Positions 58,801 through 64,000 of a stretch of DNA of 64,000 nt are shown here, piece by piece (positions within the stretch are counted from its first letter, which is position 1; each line of letters starts with the position of its first letter). A program made the position numbers and the translations under genes. Under the pieces are notes generated by a model. That model was given only the letters and a program-made list of their open reading frames with translations. It searched no databases and was not told the origin of the DNA. The stretch is from Bugula neritina (taxonomy: Eukaryota > Animalia > Bryozoa), in contig OZ037771.1 of assembly GCA_964035545.1 (NCBI GenBank), forward strand, positions 9,924,480-9,988,479, given 5' to 3'.

Positions 58801-61800
58801 AACATACTGCAACATACTGAAAGACACTACAACTCACTGAAGTATAGTGCAATATACAGAAATGTACTCTAACATACTGATATTTAATGTTACACACTGA
58901 AATATACTACAACATACTGAAATACGCTGCAACATACCGAAATAAGCTGCAACATACTGCAACATACTGAAATACACTGTAACATGATGTAGTACACTGC
59001 AACACATTGAAATATACTGCAACAAACTGAAATATACTGCAACATACTGAAATGTACTGCAACATACTGAAATACATTGCAACATATCGAAGTATATTGT
59101 AATAAACGGCCATGTACTGTAACATACTGAAACACACTGAAACATACTGAAACATACTGAAACATACTGAAACATACTGAAATACACTGCAACATACTGA
59201 AACATACTGTAACATTATGAAATACACTGCAATACATTGAAATATACTGCAACAAACTGAAATATACTGCAACATACTAAAACAGACTGCAACATACTGA
59301 AATACATTGCAACATATCGAAGTATATCGTAATATACGGACATGTACTGAAACAAACTGAAACATACTGAAACATACTGAGATACACTGCAACATACTGC
59401 AACATACTGAAATACACTGTAACATGATGAAATACACTGCAACACATTGAAATATACTGCAACAAACTGAAATATCCTGCAACATACTGAAACGTACTGC
59501 AACATACTGAAATACACTGTAACATACTCAAATACACTGCAACATTCTGCAACATATTGAAATACACTGCAACACACTGAAATATACTGCAACACACTGA
59601 AATATACTGAAACATACTGAAATATACTGAAATGTACTGAAATAGACTGTGACACATTGAAAAATACTGCAACATACTGAAAGACACTTCAATTCACTGA
59701 GGTATAGTGTAATATACGGAAATGTACTGTAACATACTGATATTTACTGTAACACACTGAAATATACTGCAACATACTGAAATACACTGTAACATACTCA
59801 AATACACTGCAACATTCTGCAACATATTGAAATACACTGCAACACACTGAAATATACTGCAACACACTGAAATATACTGCAAAATACTGAAATATACTTC
59901 AACATACTGCAACATACTGAAAGACACTACAACTCACTGAAGTATAGTGCAATATACAGAAATGTACTCTAACATACTGATATTTAATGTTACACACTGA
60001 AATATACTACAACATACTGAAATACACTGTAACATACCGAAATAAGCTGCAACATACTGCAACATACTGAAATACACTGTAACATGATGAAGTACACTGC
60101 AACACATTGAAATACACTGCAACAAACTGAAATATACTGCAACATACTGAAACGTACTGCAACATAGTGAAATACATTGCAACATATCGAAGTATATCGT
60201 AATAAACGGACATGTACTGTAACATACTGAAACACACTGAAACATACTGAAACATACTGAAATACACTGTAACATACTCAAATACACTGCAACATTCTGC
60301 AACATATTGAAATATACTGCAACACACTGAAATATACTGCAACACATCCAAGTACAACGTAATATACGGACATGTACTGTAACATACTGGAACATACTGA
60401 AACATACTGCAACCTTCTGAAGTACACTGTAAAATATTGAAATACACCGCAACAAACTGCAACATACTGAAGTACACTGTACATATTGAAAAACGCTGCA
60501 ACACACTGAAATATACTGCAACAAACTGAAATATACTGCAACATACTAAAACAGACTGCAACATACTGAAATACATTGCAACATATCGAAGTATATCGTA
60601 ATATACGGACATGTACTGAAACATACTGAAACATACTGAAACATACTGAGATACACTGCAACATACTGCAACATACTGAAATACACTGTAACATGATGAA
60701 ATACACTGCAACACATTGAAATATACTGCAACAAACTGAAATATCCTGCAACATACTGAAACGTACTGCAACATACTGAAATACATTGCAACATATCGAA
60801 GTATATCGTAATATACGGACATGTACTGAAACATACTGAAACATACTGAAACATACTGAGATACACTGCAACATACTGCAACATACTGAAATATACTGTA
60901 ACACATTGAAAAATACTGCAACATACTGAAAGACACTTCAACTCACTGAAGTATAGTGTAATATACGGAAATGTACTGTAACATACTGATAATTACTGCA
61001 ACACACTGAAATATACTGCAACATACTGAAATACACTGTAACATAATGAAATACACTGCAACATACTGCAACATACTGAAGTACGCTGTAAAATATTAAA
61101 ATACACTGCAACACATTCGAATATACTGCAACACACTGAAATATACTGTACCATACTGAAACATGAGCAATATACTAAAAGATGCCTCAACATACTCAAA
61201 TACACTGCAAGAAACTGCAACATACGTAAATGCACTGTAACATACTGAAATACACTGAAACATACTGCAACATACAGAAGTACACTGTAAAATATTCAAA
61301 TACACTGCAACACATTGAAATACACTGCAACACACTGAAATATACTGCAACATACTGAAATGTACTTCAACATAATGAAAAACACTGCAACATATCAAAG
61401 TATATCGTAATATACAGACATGTACTGTAACATACTGTTACTTACTGAAATACACTGCAACAAACTGTAACATACTGAAACACACTGAAACATACTGAAA
61501 CATACTGAAACATACTGTAACATACTGAAACACACTGAAACATACTGAAACATACTGAGACATACTGAAATACACTGCAACATACTGCAACATACTGAAA
61601 TATACTGAAATATACTGAAATACACTGTAACACATTGAAAAATACCGCAACATACTGAAAGACACTTCAACTCACTGACGTATAGTGTAATATACGGAAA
61701 TGTAGTGTAACATACTGATATTTACTGTAACACACTGAAATATACTGCAACATACTGAAATACACTGTAACATACTCAAATACACTGCAACATTCTGCAA

Positions 61801-64000
61801 CATATTGAAATACACTGCAACACACTGAAATATACTGCAACACACTGAAATATACTGCAAAATACTGAAATATACTTCAACATACTGCAACATACTGAAA
61901 GACACTACAACTCACTGAAGTATAGTGCCATATACAGAAATGTACTCTAACATACTGATATTTAATGTTACACACTGAAATATACTACAACATACTGAAA
62001 TACACTGTAACATTCTGCAACATATTGAAATATACTGCAACACACTGAAATATACTGCAACACATCCAAGTACATCGTAATATACGGACATGTACTGTAA
62101 CATACTGGAACATACTGAAACATACTGCAACATTCTGAAGTACACTGTAAAATATTGAAATACACTGCAACAAACTGCAACATACTGAAACATACTGTAA
62201 CATGATGAAAAACACTGCAACACATTGAAACATACTGCAACAAACTGAAATATACTGCAACATACTGAAACGTACTGCAACATACTGAAACTAATTGCAA
62301 CATATCGAAGTATATCGTAAAATACGGACATGTACTGTAACATACTGAAACACACTGAAACATACTGAAACATACTAAAACATACTGAAACATACTGAGA
62401 TACACTGCAACATACTGCAACATACTGAAATACACTGTAACATGATGAAATACACTGCAACACATTGAAATATACTGCAACAAACTGAAATATACTGCAA
62501 CATACTGAAACGTGCGGCAACATACTGAAATACATTGCAATATATCGAAGTATATCGTAATATACGGACATGTACTGTAACATACTGAAACACACTGAAA
62601 CATACTGAAACATACTGAAATACACTGTAACATACTCAAATACACTGCAACATTCTGCAACATATTGAAATATACTGCAACACACTGAAATATACTGCAA
62701 CACATCCAAGTACAACGTAATATACGGACATGTACTGTAACATACTGGAACATACTGAAACATACTGCAACCTTCTGAAGTACACTGTAAAATATTGAAA
62801 TACACCGCAACAAACTGCAACATACTGAAGTACACTGTACATATTGAAAAACGCTGCAACACACTGAAATATACTGCAACAAACTGAAATATACTGCAAC
62901 ATACTAAAACAGACTGCAACATACTGAAATACATTGCAACATATCGAAGTATATCGTAATATACGGACATGTACTGAAACATACTGAAACATACTGAAAC
63001 ATACTGAGATACACTGCAACATACTGCAACATACTGAAATACACTGTAACATGATGAAATACACTGCAACACATTGAAATATACTGCAACAAACTGAAAT
63101 ATCCTGCAACATACTGAAACGTACTGCAACATACTGAAATACATTGCAACATATCGAAGTATATCGTAATATACGGACATGTACTGAAACATACTGAAAC
63201 ATACTGAAACATACTGAGATACACTGCAACATACTGCAACATACTGAAATATACTGTAACACATTGAAAAATACTGCAACATACTGAAAGACACTTCAAC
63301 TCACTGAAGTATAGTGTAATATACGGAAATGTACTGTAACATACTGATAATTACTGCAACACACTGAAATATACTGCAACATACTGAAATACACTGTAAC
63401 ATAATGAAATACACTGCAACATACTGCAACATACTGAAGTACGCTGTAAAATATTAAAATACACTGCAACACATTCGAATATACTGCAACACACTGAAAT
63501 ATACTGTACCATACTGAAACATGAGCAATATACTAAAAGATGCCTCAACATACTCAAATACACTGCAAGAAACTGCAACATACGTAAATGCACTGTAACA
63601 TACTGAAATACACTGAAACATACTGCAACATACAGAAGTACACTGTAAAATATTCAAATACACTGCAACACATTGAAATACACTGCAACACACTGAAATA
63701 TACTGCAACATACTGAAATGTACTTCAACATAATGAAAAACACTGCAACATATCAAAGTATATCGTAATATACAGACATGTACTGTAACATACTGTTACT
63801 TACTGAAATACACTGCAACAAACTGTAACATACTGAAACACACTGAAACATACTGAAACATACTGAAACATACTGTAACATACTGAAACACACTGAAACA
63901 TACTGAAACATACTGAGACATACTGAAATACACTGCAACATACTGCAACATACTGAAATATACTGAAATATACTGAAATACACTGTAACACATTGAAAAA
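52877..64000 (+). repeat. 10-bp-monomer satellite array, right segment
   Basis: Same monomer and orientation. It resumes after the LINE tail (accaaa|catactgaaatacattgc) and runs off the right edge. Confidence 0.98.
60200..64000 (+). repeat. 2,358-bp tandem re-duplication ending the 6.19-kb HOR run
   Basis: Offsets 60278/62636, 60546/62904, 60993/63351 and 61395/63753 are all 2358. The second copy is cut off by the window edge. Confidence 0.85.

Larger units (their letters stand above)
44350..62620 (+). repeat. ~6,186-bp higher-order repeat, about 2.7 tandem copies (LINE inserted in copy 2)
   Basis: Offsets 44386/50573 (6187), 53508/59694 and 55486/61672 (6186), and 50573/58468 (7895 = 6186 + 1709 LINE). 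Boundaries approximate. Confidence 0.9.

Noticed and set aside
92-63993. Hundreds of minus-strand ORFs rich in C/V/S/Q/Y/F (e.g. MLQYVAVCCS..., up to 460 aa)
   Set aside because: The reverse complement of the consensus 10-mer has no stop codon and contains ATG, so all three frames are open with the same 10-aa period. The ORFs overlap in every frame, switch frame at 9-bp monomers and end at random variants. They are not genes.
1-64000. CRISPR-like array (recurring landmark blocks with variable intervals)
   Set aside because: The intervals consist of the same 10-bp monomer rather than unique spacers, there are no cas genes, and the context is eukaryotic (LINE).

Overview
Eukaryotic (probably invertebrate animal) satellite DNA. 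About 93% of the window is one head-to-tail array of a degenerate 10-bp monomer (AACATACTG[C/A/T] / AATA[C/T]ACTG[C/A/T]), all in one orientation. The array is organised hierarchically: 10 bp, a ~240-bp submodule, then higher-order repeats (HORs) of 1,159 bp, ~4.2 kb and ~6.19 kb, plus shuffled multi-kb duplications. Only two non-satellite segments interrupt it. (1) A 2,575-bp non-autonomous DNA transposon at 24220-26794, with CACAG...CTGTG ends, 20-bp perfect TIRs inside ~160-bp imperfect inverted repeats, a 2-bp AC target-site duplication and an internal tRNA-like Pol III cassette. (2) A 1,709-bp 5'-truncated CR1/L2-group LINE at 51168-52876, with an intact RT frame, a 3' stem-loop and an (ACCAA)5 tail; the satellite supplies an in-frame ATG. 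The hundreds of minus-strand Cys/Val/Ser/Gln/Tyr-rich ORFs are artefacts of the repeat. The most notable signals are a periodically recurring CENP-B-box-like 17-mer, the multi-level HOR architecture on a 10-bp monomer, and the two insertions, whose empty sites can be read in sister HOR copies. I found no host gene and cannot claim a new biological system with confidence. HOR periods were derived from ORF-track offsets and reading by eye, so their boundaries are approximate.
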